A DNA stretch of 64,000 nucleotides from Squalus acanthias (taxonomy: Eukaryota): assembly GCA_030390025.1 (NCBI GenBank), contig CM059433.1, positions 21,392,001 to 21,456,000 of the forward strand. The letters are read 5' to 3'. Positions 24,672-38,710 of this stretch are shown here, piece after piece. Position numbers and translations under genes: made by a program. The notes under the pieces are model-generated. The model worked only from the letters and a program-made list of their open reading frames with translations, was not told the origin of the DNA and did not search any database. Numbering within the stretch: the stretch's first letter is position 1; every line of letters starts with the position of its first letter.

Positions 24672-25357
24672 TTGGGTGCACATCTGCCGTCCCCGGCCTC
24701 CTCTGCAGCCCCCCCCGAGTGTCGGCTGCGCTCCGTGAGCCCGGCACTTCTCTTGAATGCCGGGCTCTTTTGCCAGCACTCTGATCCCTGGTGGCCCAGC
24801 TGGGCCCCGGGTCGCACTGCGCAAGGCCCCTCCCCTTTAAGAAGGGGAGGAAGGCCTGCAGTACCGCGGCGCGACGTGCCACAGCGTGTGGAGCTGCGGC
24901 ACGTAGCGCCGTGATATTCCCTCGCAGCGCCCCAAGAGGGAGGCGGGGCGCTTCCAGTTAGACCCGCCTTCCTCTTTGTTATCCCCCAATATGTTTTAAC
25001 GGAGCTAAAAATAAACTTACCTTATTGGACAGGGTTTTTTAAAGTGTAAATGAGTGATAAAATTTTACTCTTCTATTTTTTAAAACTCGTATGCTGGTAA
25101 AAGCAGGCCTTACGCTTTTACCAGGCGTGAGAATTGCACGGGCATTCAGCGGGCGGAGGTTGGGCCAAAAGCGCAGCTCTCCGCCCGCGGATGCCCGTTT
25201 CCCGGGGATGCGGAGAATCTGTCAAGAAGATTCTTGACAGATCGCAAGTTCCGAGTTTTAGCGCATGCGCTTCACATGCCTAAATCCGGAACTTGCGCGG
25301 CCCCTACAGTCGCGTGCGCACCTCATACACACCCGTGGGGGTCGCAAATTATGGCCC
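24672..25357 (+). mobile_element. Family C-related MITE with CpG-rich left part
   Basis: 24990-25357 homologous to 42005-42315; ends AAATTATGGCCC|AAT; left boundary uncertain. Confidence 0.6.
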
Positions 25358-26189
25358 AATATTTGCAATATTTTAAGCTATCAGTTTGTAGTATGTGATT
25401 ACAGTGCACAGTATATGATGCAGCACTTGCAGTCGCATTTTCATGTGATCTTGATGGTGATCCTCAAGTCCTAATTGTTCTTGACCCTTTGATTTTCTGT
25501 CAGTGTGGATATGCTCAGTAATCCTTGTTCAGGGAGCCTGGAGAGAATGGAAGAAACATCCATACAATGTCTTAACATTTGACTCATAATGATGTTTTCT
25601 GTAAGATTGAACACAAACCTATCTCTAATGTCCACCATATGATGCATTGGGGTTTATGGATAGTCAATTGGAAGCGTTCTTCTCAAGAATTGAATTATTT
25701 CTAGTATGAAGGTTAGATGTGTAATTGATGTGAGGGAGAGATTTAAAATTCATCTCAGGAAATATGTTGCTTGTTTTACCTTATTTTGTGTCCTTTGGTG
25801 TTGTCACTACATTGACCATTTGTGCAGAACGGACAGGCGTTGTTATATAGTTCAGCAAGGTTCTATATTCTGAGGAGGCCGTTCTCCTGAAGTATAGTTG
25901 TATAATCTATCATTGTTGATCTGTGATCCACAGATGAGATACAGTTCTGTGTCCGCTTTCATCACGGTAAATGCTAAATGTCAGTTAGTTTCCTGCTGAT
26001 AGCATCTTAGAAATGTGTCTATTTGAACATTTTGAAAATCTGTACTTTTTTTAGTTCTGGCTAAATTTCAAAACTGGTTAGCACGCAGAGTTTTTACTTT
26101 TATATTGTAATGGTTTTACACTGTTGCTTGCAATCCTCATCACACATGTTATTATGTCGAAGGAGCATTTTTCAAAGCAACACTTAAGC

Positions 26190-27415
26190 CCCAGTCCAGA
26201 GATGTGAGCACATAACCTAGGCTGTCACTTCTGTACAGTACTGGAGGAGTGCTGCACTGTCGGAGGTGCCGTCTTTCTGAGGCCACAGCCGCGATTTTAT
26301 CAATGGAGGCGGGTTGGGTGCAGGTCAGGTGGTTTCCGGCTTCCAGTCCCGCCCCCAGCTGCATCCGGCCCACAGACGTGATTTTACGTTGATTGATCTT
26401 GTTAAGCCCGCCCTGCGGGCTTGCCGGCCAATTAAGAGGAAGCCAGTGTCAGATGACGTCATGTGATGACGCATCATCTGCCGGTTTTCTTAAAGGGACC
26501 ACGCACAATTTTATTTTGAAAGTTGATTTCTCAGTGTTTGACAGCATTGAGGTGCTGCAAACACTGACAATCACTGCACAAAAGTCACCTGTTGCACCCA
26601 GGCTCACCAATGACTCCCTCCATAGGCTGGAATAGATGGCAGCTGCAGGTGAGGTGACAGAAGCGATCTGTCACTGGTGAGGGAGGTACTCCCAATGAGG
26701 TAGCACTGGACATGATTTGAAAACTTGTAACCTAAAGAAATGTGTAAATGTATTAAAAATGCATTTCCCACATTTTCTTTCCTCTGAGACTCACCAGTGC
26801 AACATTGGATCCTTCACACAACTTCTGCAGCTGTCATCAATCCAGAAACATTACAGCAGACTCACAACACGCCACACCTACCTGGCGTGGTGTCCGGACG
26901 TCGGGAAACCCAAGCAGAAGCAGCAAAATTCAAAAATAGCCTGTCAACTACGAGCAACTACCTGTTAATAGGAAGGTTATTGCCTTTAATCCTCTTCCCG
27001 TCGCTAGGTGTCGGGTCCATGCACAAACCGGGGACCTGACACTTGGGAAAATTGTTTGGAGGTGGGTTGACGGCGGGATCGCAACCCGCTGTCAATCAAA
27101 ACGATTTTACCCTTTGACCCACCTCCAAACCTGCCCTCTGAGCGCTGGCAAAATCGCGGCCCTCATCTGTCATCTCAGGTGGATGTATAAGATCTGATGG
27201 TGCTATTTCGAAGAAAAGCTGGGGATTTCTCCATGTGTCTTGTCCAAAATTTATCCCTCAACCAACACCTCAAACAGGTGATCTCATCTTTTATTTCATT
27301 GCTGTTTATAGGACCTTGCTGTGCGCAATTTGGCCGCTGCGTTTCCAACACTACAACAGTGGCTACACTTCAAAAGTACTTAATTTACTGTCTAGCGCTT
27401 TGGAACATCCTGTTC
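26190..27415 (+). mobile_element. SacSINE1-like SINE split by a Harbinger element
   Basis: 26190-26286 and 27162-27415 join into a SINE body. Confidence 0.8.
26287..27161 (+). mobile_element. Non-autonomous Harbinger family A, short subfamily, inserted in a Deu-SINE
   Basis: TIRs AGCCGCGATTTT and AAAATCGCGGCC; SINE body resumes on both sides; closely similar to 48436-49290. Confidence 0.88.
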
Positions 27416-28328
27416 TGAACCTATGTTCTCACAAAAAGCTGGTGTACCATTCACTTCAGTCACTGAGGTGGTGATGGTTCAAAATATTCCCATTTGTTAA
27501 GCTCGCTAAAGTCTGGCCTGATAGGAAGTAAGATATTTACGTGCACAAATTCATTAAAATGTTCTTAATTGGCCATAATGGGTAAAAACCAGCTTCTTGT
27601 TGCACTCTTCACTAATGCTCACTAATTAATTTTTGGAACGACAGGTCTCCTTAAAACAGCACTAATCATGGGGATTTAATCCATTAACACTTTCTGCCAG
27701 AATTAAACCTCCTTATATGCATGTATATTCGTTTGCTAAATTATTTTATAGTGAAAAATATAGTCCCTTAAGGGCTTAATATGAAGTATTTTATGCAGGA
27801 ATGATTGAAATGTTAGATTGCATTTTTGTTGTTGAATGGGCCTAATTTTTCTTTCCTGTGATGCAACAAAATGTTTTTCATTGCACTTCTGGCAGTAAAG
27901 CCACTGGCAAGCTTTCTCAGCAGGTGCCCTTTATACGTGGCGTGAGGATAAGGATTTGTAATCTAATTCTGTATAATTGACTGCCGAACAGGTTTTGCAT
28001 TCTCCAGCTTTATCTGAAAACTCTTTCAGGTTGATCTGGGTTATTTTTAAGAGCATTTAAAAAATGATGGCGGGAAATGGGAAATTTTTCCACTTTCTGT
28101 AAATATCGTGAACTCTCAGGTCATATATAGCATGTGCCAGATAGTGAGCAAAGCTGCTTCCACTGTCCGGACAGCACCACCCTCAGAATAACATCCCGCT
28201 ATGAGGTCAGTTTGGTTTTATTCATTTTCCATCCTGATGGCAACCCTGGGTAAGATTGTCAATTTGTACTTTGAACCCACACTCACTATGAGCTGAGTTA
28301 AGACTGTCCTAATGCACCTATTTCATGC

Positions 28329-29045
28329 ACCTGGGGGTCCTTGTGCATGAAACACAAAAAGTTAGCATGCAGGTACAGCAAGTAATCAAAAAGGCAAATG
28401 GAATGTTGGCCTTTATTTCAAAGGGGTTGGAGTATAAAAGCAGGGAAGTCCTGCTACAACTGTACAGGGTATTGGTGAGACCACACCTTGAGTATTGCGT
28501 ACAGTTTTGGTCTCCTTATTTAAGGAAGGATATACTTGCATTGGAGGCAGTTCAGAGACGATTCACTAGGTTAATTCCAGAGATGAGGGGGTTGACTTAT
28601 GAGGAAAGGTTGAGCAGGCTGGGCCTATACTCATTAGAATTTAGAAGAATGAGAGGTGATCTTATTGAAACATATTAGATACTGAGGGGGCTCGACAAGG
28701 TAGATGCAGAGAGGATGTTTCCCCTCTTTGGGAAATCTAGAATGCGGGGGCATAGTTTCAGAATAAAGGGTCGCCCTTTTAGAACTGCGATGAGGAGGAA
28801 TTTCTTCACTCTGAGGGTCGTAAATATGTGGAATTCTCTGCCCCAGAGAGCTGTGGAGGCTGGGTCATTAAATACATTTAAGGTGGAGATAGACACATTT
28901 TTGCAAGATAAGGAAGTGAAGGGTTATGGGGAGCGGGCGGGGAAGTGGCTTTGAGCCCAAGATCAGCCATGATCTTATTGAATGGCGGAGCAGGCTTGAG
29001 GGGCCAAGTGGCCTATTCCTGCTCCTATTTCTTATGTTCTTATGT
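28329..29045 (+). mobile_element. 5'-truncated CR1
   Basis: LGVLVHETQK...RGDLIETY; CR1 tail. Confidence 0.92.
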
Positions 29046-29463
29046 TATTTCATGTAGAACCCTTACTTCCATTAGTCAGAGGAAGTCTCATCCATTAATC
29101 TGGGTAGGATTTGTAGTTTACATCCAAAGAAATGAAACAACAGTGGTGAAACCCACCCGGTTTTCAGACTTTCTAACGGGAATGAAAGATGCCCTGCTAC
29201 ACCGTACCCCACCCCCCACTCCCCATACACACAATAATCTCTTATTTAATCCCTGACACAAACTCAACAGCGATTTTGCATTTCTTGTAGAAAATGAATT
29301 TTCAGTTGACAGTGATAACGTCCAGCTATTATATTATTGGATGAGCGCCATTGTTTCAGTGTCAGCAATATTCTGTTTATACAATGCTCGTACTTTTTAA
29401 AATTAATTTAAAGATATAAATTTTTATTTCCCTTTAGTAAAGGCAATTAGGATTGTAGAGAAT

Positions 29464-30221
29464 GGCCCAGAATTTGCTGTCAAAATAACGGTGAGACTAA
29501 TGGCGCTTGTCGTTATTTATGCATAAATGGTACAGAAACTTCAGGCGAAGAGGCATGGATAAATGCCAATAGAAAAAAGTTGCTGTCCGAGTTGTGCTGT
29601 TCGCCGTTAGCTTCGTGAAAATGGCATTTCGCTGTCTGCCTCACTCTTGACATGCATTGAATGTCGTGAAGTTGCTGTATTTGCATGGTAGATATGAACT
29701 AAACACACGACAGTTTAGTTATTACAAGCACAAGTACCATTTTAACAACATGCAAGTGTGAATTACTACCAGTCAACCTCTCTGGCACTGATAACTATTA
29801 CAAATGTGGAGTCTCATTTCTTCAGGTTTTAATTGTTGGAGATTTTAAAGAGGTAAAATTTAAAATTTAATTTTTTTTTTTACTTTTCCTTTCTGTCTCT
29901 TTTTTCTCTCTCTCTTAATCCAATCTTACTTTCCCTCTGTTTATTTCTCTTTCTGTACCTGATTTGGCATTGAATTCACCCACTCTAATTCACCCTCCTT
30001 CTCAGTCCTTCAGCTGTTTATTTCTCAATTCTTCAATCTAATTGGTTAAAGAGATACACAGTTGCCCTGTTCACTCAGGTCCCAGATGCCCTGTTCCCCT
30101 CGCTATCAGCTCGCACTTCTAGCAACTTGCAACACGGAAAATTAAAAAACCTAAATGTGCAAGGGCAAGTCTAACTAACGGCAGATGCCATTAGATGCCC
30201 TGCTACAGCAAAATCTGGGCC
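29464..30221 (+). mobile_element. Harbinger-type MITE family B, complete
   Basis: TIRs GGCCCAGAATTTGCTGT and ACAGCAAAATCTGGGCC (16/17 match); AAT TSD. Confidence 0.9.
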
Positions 30222-31063
30222 AATGCTTTAATGTGTTTGAAGAGATTTTATGTAGTACAAGCTCCTTGTTTCATAGCCCCATAAACTCTGGGAGCAGCCA
30301 ACTCCATTCTCTTTCCAGGTGTAGATGGAGCATTCGATAGGGTTGAATAAGATATAGGAGCAGATCAGTGTTGACTGCACTCTGCACACAGCAGAGTGGC
30401 ATAGGCATCAAATAAAACTGAATCAAATACTTCATCAGAAATTAGGTGAGCACTTGAAGTAAAATATTTAAGGGTACAGGGAAAGAGCAGGGAAGTTAAA
30501 TTAGTATAGATCGCTCCACTGGGAAACCAGCACTAGTACAGGCATGGTGGGCCAAACGCTCTCCTTCTGTACTGTACTGAAAAAAATTGATTCTATTGAA
30601 GTTTAATGTACAGCAACATTTTAAGCTACTAGAATCAAACCAATTCTGTATTTCTTAGTATCCTCTTGAGACTTGAATATCATATTATTACATCTACTAA
30701 TAGTACAAAACCCATTCTGTAGCAAATTAATTTCATACTCATAGACATCTGGAGGTCGTGCAAATAGTTCAAGAGACTGATAAAATGTGGGGGGAATTGA
30801 GAGAAAATGAAAATAGGTTGAGATCATTTAACAAGAGGCGCGTTTACTGGACCAAGTGGCCTTTTCCTGTTTGTAAATTCCTGTGTTCCTAGAGGCAGAG
30901 AAACTAAGGTCACAAAGTGAGAAATCAGACATGAGGAATGGGGGAATATTAGCGTTGAAGCTGCATTTGCACCTCACCTTAGGCTACTTCTCCCAGGGTC
31001 CAATGCATCCTGAGCTGCTGGTAATGTCCGGATCTGCAGCCGATAATTTCTCTGCAATTTTGA

Positions 31064-34000
31064 TGTTGTCAGCTGAATGAGCTCGAGCTCCGGGTTTCGG
31101 AGCTGGAGCAGCAACTGGTGTCACTGCGGAGCATCCGCGAGGCTGAGAGCTTCGTGGTGAGCACGTTTCAGGATGTGGTCACCCCGCAGCTAAGGAGTGC
31201 GCAGGCAGAGAGGGAATGGGTGACTGCCAGACAGAAGAGGAGGACCAGGCAGGTAGTGCAGGAGTTCCCTGAGTGCATCTTGCTCTCCAACCAGTATTCT
31301 GTTCTGAGTACTGGTGAGGGTGATGGTTCCTCTGGGGAGTATAGCCAGAGCCAAGTCCATGGCACCACGGGTGGCTCAGCTGTACAGGGGGGGAAGGGGA
31401 AGATAGGGAAAGCAACAGTGGTAGGGGATTCGATAGATAGGGGAGCAGACAAGCATTTCTGCAGCCGCAGATGTGACTCCAGGATGGTATGTTGCCTCCC
31501 TGGTGCCAGGGTCAAGGATGTCACTGAGCGGCTGCAGAACATTCTGAGGGGGGAGGGTGAACAGCCAGTGGTCCATATCGGTACCAACAACATAGGTAGT
31601 AAGAGGGATGAGGTCCTGCAGGCAGATTTTGGGGAGCTAGGAAAGAGATTAAAAAGCCTCAAAGGTAGTAATCTCCAGATTACTCTTGGTGCCACGTGCG
31701 AGTGAGTATAGAAATAGGAGGATAGAGCAGATGAATGCATGGCTGGAGAGATGGTGCAGGAGGGAGGACTTTAGATTCCTGTGACATTGGGACCAGTTCT
31801 GGGAGAGATGCTGCACTGGACACAGGGCATCAGCCCCTGACAAAATTGCTGGCCAGGAGGCCAGCGATGGCATCACCATGGCCAGACTTTCTTCACTTGA
31901 TGCTGTAAACCCTGGCTGCCACATGATGTGCCAAGTTGACACCATCCCACACCAGCACCATGAAGCATCCCTTTAATGTCCAAGCCATTCCATGCACACA
32001 CATCACTATAGCGGGATGGGGGGGTGGGGGGGGTGGATATGACTGAACAATCACTGGAACTCAGTAAGACACTTCTTAATGTGTGCTCAGATCTGTCCAA
32101 TAAGGGGCACTTTATGAAAAAGAGATTTCACTGTATGACAACACATTACCAGGAACTTCACATGGACATTGGCTAAACCTCTCAAGTGCCCAGCCTTGTG
32201 TGTTGTTAGTTGGTATGCTTGCAGTAGAATGAGGGTGAGTGTGAGGGATGGCTAGTGAGATGGGGAAGTGATAAAGTAGATCGAGAGGATTGGGTAGAGG
32301 TGCAAGGTAAGTTGGTGTCCTGGGGAGGTCTCTTCCACCCATGGAAGGGAAGAGAACCTCCCTGCATACTGTAACTCCCTCCATAGGCATATGGAGGGAG
32401 TCTTTGGAGAGCCTGGGTGCAAGAGTTCACCTTTGTGCAGTGATTGTCAGTGTTATCAGCACCTCAATGCTGTCAAACACTGAAAAATCAACTGTCAAAA
32501 TAAAATTGTGCATAGTCCCTTTAAGGAAACTGGCAGATGACACATCATCAAATGACGTCATCAGACCCGCTTCCTGTTAATTGGCTGGTAAGCCCGCGGG
32601 GCGGTCTTAACAAGGCCAATCAAGGGAAAATCACGTCTGCAGAGTGGAGGCAGCTGGGGGCGGGACTGGAACCCGGAAACCTGCTGACCCGCACCCATCC
32701 CGACACCGCTGAGAAAATCGCGGCCAAAGGGCACAAAAGATTGGGAGAGATGGATAGCACTAAAGCAAAAAATAATAAGGTATTAGGTGGGGTCAGATGA
32801 AGAGAGGACATAGGATGGTCTAAGATAGGTTTACAGTGTATGTATGTGAACGCACAAAGCATAGTAAACAAGGTTGGTGAGCTGCAGGCGCAAATAGCCA
32901 CATGGGAATATGATGTTGTGGTAATAACAGAGACCTGGCTCAAAAAAGGTGAGGACTGGGTATTAAATATTCTTGGATATAGGGTGTTTCGTAAAGATAG
33001 GGAAGGAAAGATAGGAGGTGGTGTGGCAGTATTGGTTAAGGAGAATATTACAGTGCTGGAGAGAGAGGATGTCCTGGAGGGGTCAAGGACAGAATCTATT
33101 TGGTTAGAGTTAAGAAATAATAGGTGCCATTACACTACTAGGTGTATTCTGTAGGCCACCAACTAGTGGGAAGGATATAGAGGAACAAATTTGCAGAGAA
33201 ATTACTGAGAGATTCAAGAACTATAGAGTAGTGATAATGGGGGACTTCAACTACCCTAATATAGACTGGGATAGTAATAGCATAAAGGGCAGAGAGGGGG
33301 AAGAATTCCTGAAGTGTGTTCAGGAGAACTTTCTTCATCAGTATGTTTCCGGCCCAATGAGGAAGGAGGCATTGCTGGATCTGGTTCTGGGGAATGAGGT
33401 AAGTTAAGTGGAGCAAGTGTAAGTAGGTGAACATTTAGGGAACAGTGATCATAGTATCATAAGATTTAGATTAGCTATGGAAAAGGAAAGGGAGCAATCT
33501 AGAGTAAAAATACTTAATTGGAGGAAGGCAAATTTCAGTGGGAAGAGAACAGATCTGGTCCGGGTAAATTGGAATCAAAGATTGGCAGGCAAAACTGTAG
33601 TGGAACAATGGGCTGGCTTTAAAGAGGAAATAGTTTGGGTACAGTCGAGGTACATTTCCACTAGGGGGAAAGGTAGGGCAACTGAAGTCAGAGGTCCCTG
33701 GATGTCAAAAGAGATAGAGAGTAAGATGAAGCAGAAAAAGAGCGCGTATGACTGATGTCAGGTCAAGAATACATCTGAGAATCAGGCTAAATGTAGAAAG
33801 TTCAGAGGAGAAGTAAAAAATAAATAAAAGGGGCAAAGAGAGGATATGAGAATAGAATGGCAGCTAACATAAAAGGTAATCCAAAAATCTTCTTTCGGCA
33901 TATAAATAGTAAACGGGTAGTAAGAGGAGGGGTGGGGCCGATTAGGGACCAAAAAGGAGACCTACGCATGGAGGCAGAGGGTATGGCTGAGGGACTAAAT

Positions 34001-35690
34001 GAGTACTTTGCATCTGTCTTCACCAAGGAAGAGGATACTGCCATAGACATAGTGAAGGAGGATAAGATTTGATAAAGGCGAGGTACTAGAAAGGCTGGCT
34101 GTACTTAAAGTAAATAAGTCACCAGGACCGGATGGGATGCATCCTAGGACGCTGAGGGAAGTGAAGGAAGAAATCACGGAGTACTGGCCATAATCTTCCA
34201 ATCCTCCTTAGAAACAGGGTGGTGCCAGAGCACTGGAGAATTGCAAATGTTACACCCTTGTTCAAAAAAGGGTGTAAGGATAAACTCAGCAACTATAGGC
34301 CGGTCAGTTTAACCCTGGTAGTAGGGAAGCTTTTCGAAACAATAATCAGGGACAAAATTAACAGTCACTTGGACAAGTGTGGATTAATTAAGGAAAGCCA
34401 GCATGAATTTGTTAAAGGCAAATTGTGTTTAACCAACTTGATCGAGTTTTTTGATGAGGTAACAGAGAGGGTTGATGGGGGCAATGCAGTTGACGTGGTG
34501 TACATGGATTTCCAAAAGGCGTTCGACAAAGTGCCACATAATAGGCTTGCCAGCAAAGTTGAAGCCCATGGAATAAAAGGGACAGTGGCAGCATGGATAC
34601 AAAATTGGCTAAGTGACAGGAAACAGAGTGTAATGGTGAATGTTTGTTTTTCGGACTGGAGGAAGGTATACAGTGGTGTTCCCCAGGGGTCGGTTCTAGG
34701 ACCACTGCTTTTCTTGATATATATTAACGACTTGGATGTGGGTGTACAGGGCACAATTTCAAAATTTGCAGATAACACAAAACTTGGACGTATAGTGAAC
34801 AGTGAGGAGGATAGTGATAGACTTCAAGAAGACATAGACAGGCTGGTGAAATGGGCGGACACATGGCAGATGAAATTTAACGCAGAAAAGTGCGAAGTGA
34901 TACATTTTGGTAAAAAGAATGAGGAGAGGAAATATAGACGAAAGGGTACAATCCTAAAGGGGGTGCATGAACAGAGAGACCGAGGGGTATATGTGCATAA
35001 ATCGTTGAAGGTGGCAGCGCAGGTTGAGAAAGCAGTTAAAAAAGCTTCTGGGATCCTGGGCTTCATGAATAGAGGTACAGAGTACAAAAGCGTGGAACTT
35101 ATGATGAGCCTTTATAAAACACTGGTTCGGCCTCAACTGGAGTATTGTGTCCAATTCTGGGCACCGCATTTTAGGAAGGATGTGAAGGCCTTAGAGAGGA
35201 TGAGAAAAGATTTACGAGAATGATTCCAGGGATGAGGGTCTTCAGTTATGTGGATCGACTGGAGAAGCTGGGGTTGTTCTCCTTAGAGTAGAGAAGATTG
35301 AGAGGAAATTTAATAGAGGTGTTCAAAAGCATGAGGGGTCTGGACAGAGTAGATAGAGAGAAACTGTTCCCATTGGCAGAAGGGTCAAGAACCAGAGGAC
35401 ACAGATTTAAGGTGATTGGCAAAAGAACCAAAGGCGACATAAGAAAAAACTTTTTTACACAGCGAGTGGTTAGGATCTGGAATGCACTGCCTGAAAGGGT
35501 GATGGAGGCAGACTCAATCACAGCTTTCAAAAGGGAGTGGGATAAGTACCTGAAAGAAAAAAAATTGCAAGGCTATGGGGAAAGGGCAGGGGAGTGGGAC
35601 TAGCTGAGAGGCTCTTGCAAGGAGCCGGCACGGGCTCGACGGGCCGAATGCCCTCCTTCTGTGCTGTAACCATTCTATGATTCTATGACA
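31064..35690 (+). mobile_element. Near full-length decayed CR1 LINE (ORF1 esterase; ORF2 endonuclease and RT)
   Basis: ORF1: coiled coil ELELRVSELEQQL, VVGDSI, VCCLPGARVKDV, VVHIGTN. ORF2: YVNAQSI, ITETWL, GDFN, DFQKAFDKV, GVPQGSVLGP, FADN. Multiple stops and frameshifts; (ATTCTATG)n tail; interrupted at 31807-32725. Confidence 0.9.
31807..32725 (-). mobile_element. One-ended Harbinger family A copy inside a CR1 LINE
   Basis: Reverse-complement family A sequence ending AAAATCGCGGCC at 32725; the other end is missing along with adjacent CR1 sequence. Confidence 0.82.
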
Positions 35691-37831
35691 TAGGCTTTGC
35701 TTGCTTAGCAGCCTCTTCAATACTTAATACCCGGGCATTGTTATGCAGGTAACTGGGGTAAGTTTGAACTACCTGTCAACTACTTTGAATATCTGTCCTT
35801 ACAAATGGAAGATTTGCTTCACATAGCATTGTAAAATCTTGCACTTATATTTTCAACTTTTCTAGACTATCTATGCTGTTACACCTGTGAGCTGACTCGC
35901 ACTTCTCTCTGCACATAAACGACCACTATCTTGAAAATCCCTGTGGTGAGGGTGAAGAACAAAATTCACGGCCAAACAGAGCATGTTATAGCAATGAGTC
36001 ATGGAAATCGAATAAGGCGTTACCTCTGTAACTACACCAAGAGAAGATGTAAAATAGTTTTCCAAAAAAAAATTAAGCTACGGTTTTGCATGGAATTAAA
36101 ATACATGGTCGCTGATTCAATTTCATACAGAGGCTTAAATCCGATATATTTTGCCAAACTATTTTACATTCTCTTCACATGGAGTCATAGTGCCGAAACC
36201 TCATCCTAGATTTGTGGCTCACTGCTGCAAGAAGTTTTCTTTAAGGTTGAAGTAACATGTCAATTGAATCATGCCAAGAATCTGCTGTAAAAGTGGATGT
36301 TGCTCAATGTTCATGAGTGCTGCCACTAACTGGCAGCTTTGTAAAATATTCAGGTTTGGCACTCATTTTATTTTTTTCATATTGTGACACATCAGCAATA
36401 AAATCAATGTCCGTGATGAGGTGTTTGAAGGGACTGCACTGTGATCGGCGTTAATTATGGAGGAGCTGTAACACTGTTTAAAAGGATTAGTCTATCAGAA
36501 AGTGTTTGGCAAACAAACAAAAAAGGTTTGTCAAATGCTTGGACGCAATGGCATAGTTTGCATCAAAGGCATGTCCTCGTGACCAGAATGCTGGATGACT
36601 GTTTCGCTGTTCTCTATCCTCAAGCAATAAAGATTCCCTCCTTATAACACGAAAACAGCCAGAGTTGATACTTCCCCTCCCCCACCCCACCCCTACCTTT
36701 TCTGAAGGTACTGACTTCTGCTGTGGTATGGTTCTGCAGGCACCAGCTGTCTGCCAGGTTCCCATCCAAACAGCAACTCTTCACATGTGAGTCTCTAAAG
36801 TAAGTGCTGGCAGGCTATTTTGATCATATTCAAGCTGTCCAGCAGGGACCCTACATAGCAATCATTAACAGGAGCTCTGCCTGATATTCTGCCCTCCCTT
36901 GCCAAGTACTGGCGACAGTTGTGGCTGGCCTATTGCCACCCCTTCCAAAGTAAGTGAACTCACGACAGACCTTGGTCTGTATGGCTCAGTTCCACAGTGG
37001 ATGGAGCATATACCAATTTCTTGGAGTGGAATTTGAATTGATTTTTAAAAATCATTACCATTTAATGATTTTTGCCCCCATAGCTTTGTGATATTAATGG
37101 TAAAAAATTGATATAAAGAGATTATATTTTACTTGTCAAAATCACTGTAAAATTCACCCACAATTTGTGAGTCCAACTCTAGGACCTTGATTTCATTCCA
37201 GTCCACACTAATGGGATGAAAATCTTCACTTTCTGACATGAAATGAGTTTTAATGTCAAACCAATTTCTAGTTTCTGTGAGTTGCAGCATAAAACTATGC
37301 CCAGATTGCCATTAAACCGGCAGAGGCTGCAAGGTGAAAGGAAAAATTCATGCAGGTACAGTAGAGATTGCTCTTCTGAGCTTGGGACCGAGACTCATTG
37401 CCGAGCCAGAAGCAGACATGAAAAGGTAGATTTTTCGAATTTGTGCTCCTGACTCAGACTTTGCGCATCAGGAGCATTTATCAGGAGCTTATTTGCAGAT
37501 GTCGGTGCCTCATCGGAATTTCTGTCTGATAATTTTAGTGGACAGAAAATCCTATGGGTTACACTTACCTCTGCACACAAATTCCCAAGACGCGCCCCTG
37601 GTGCTTGAAGCTGTGCAAATTCATAAGATCTTGGTGCCAATCCACTGAGATTAATTTTCACATCAACACAGTGACATTATCAGTTAAAGCCACAATAGCA
37701 TTTGTCTCTGAGTTATATTATAATTTTGAATGAATACTTTTCATATCCCTAGTATAGTTTAACTTCTAGCTTACTGCAATGCCTTGCCAACAGTGATGAT
37801 GCTCCAGGCAATCAATCACATTCAGCACATT

Positions 37832-38710
37832 GTGAAGAGGACACAAAGAATCTGCAAAGGGATATAGACAGGCTAAGTGAGTGGGCAAACATTTGGCAGA
37901 TGGAGTATAATGTGGGAAAGTGTGAGGTTATCCACTTTGGTAAGAAAAATAATAAAGCAAATTATTATCTAAATGGAGAGAGATTACAAAATGCTGCAGT
38001 ACAGAGGGACCTGGGGGTCCTTGTGCATGAAACACAAAAAGGTTAGCATGCAGGTACAGCAAGTAATCAGGAAGGCAAATGGAATGTTGGCCTTTATCGC
38101 AAGGGGGTTGGAGTATAAAAGCAGGGAAGTCCTGCTGCAACTGTACAGGGTATTGGCAAGACCACACCTGGAGTACTGCATACAGGAGGGATATACTTGC
38201 ATTGGAGGCAGTTCAGAGAAGGTTCACGAGGTTGATGCCTGAGATGAAGGGGTTGACTTATGAGGAAAGGTTGAGCAGGTTGGATCTATACACATTGGAG
38301 TTTAGAAGAATGAGAGGTGATCTTATTGAAACATATAAGATACCGAGGGGGCTCGACAAGGTAGATGCAGAGAGGATGTTTCCCCTCCTGGGGGAATTTA
38401 GAACTAGGGGGCATAGTTTCAGAATAAGGGGTCGTCCATTTAAAACTGAGATGAGGAGGAATTTCTTCTCTCAGAGGGTCGTAAATCTGTGGAATTCTCT
38501 GCCCCAGAGAGCTGTAGAGGCTGGGTCATTGAATATATTTAAGGTGGAGATAGACAGATTTTTGAACAATAAGGGAGTGATGGGTTATGGGGAGCGGGCA
38601 GGGAAATGGAGCTGAGCCCAAGATCAGATCAGCCATGATCTCATTAAATGGCGGAGCAGGCTCGAGGGGCCAAATGGCCTACTCCTGCTCCTATTTCTTA
38701 TGTTCTTATT
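37832..38710 (+). mobile_element. 5'-truncated CR1
   Basis: LQRDIDRLSEW through GKWS*; same subfamily as 28329-29045. Confidence 0.92.

Noticed and set aside
24665..24965. CpG island or host promoter
   Set aside because: Short and contiguous with a MITE body; CpG richness is better explained by a young element.
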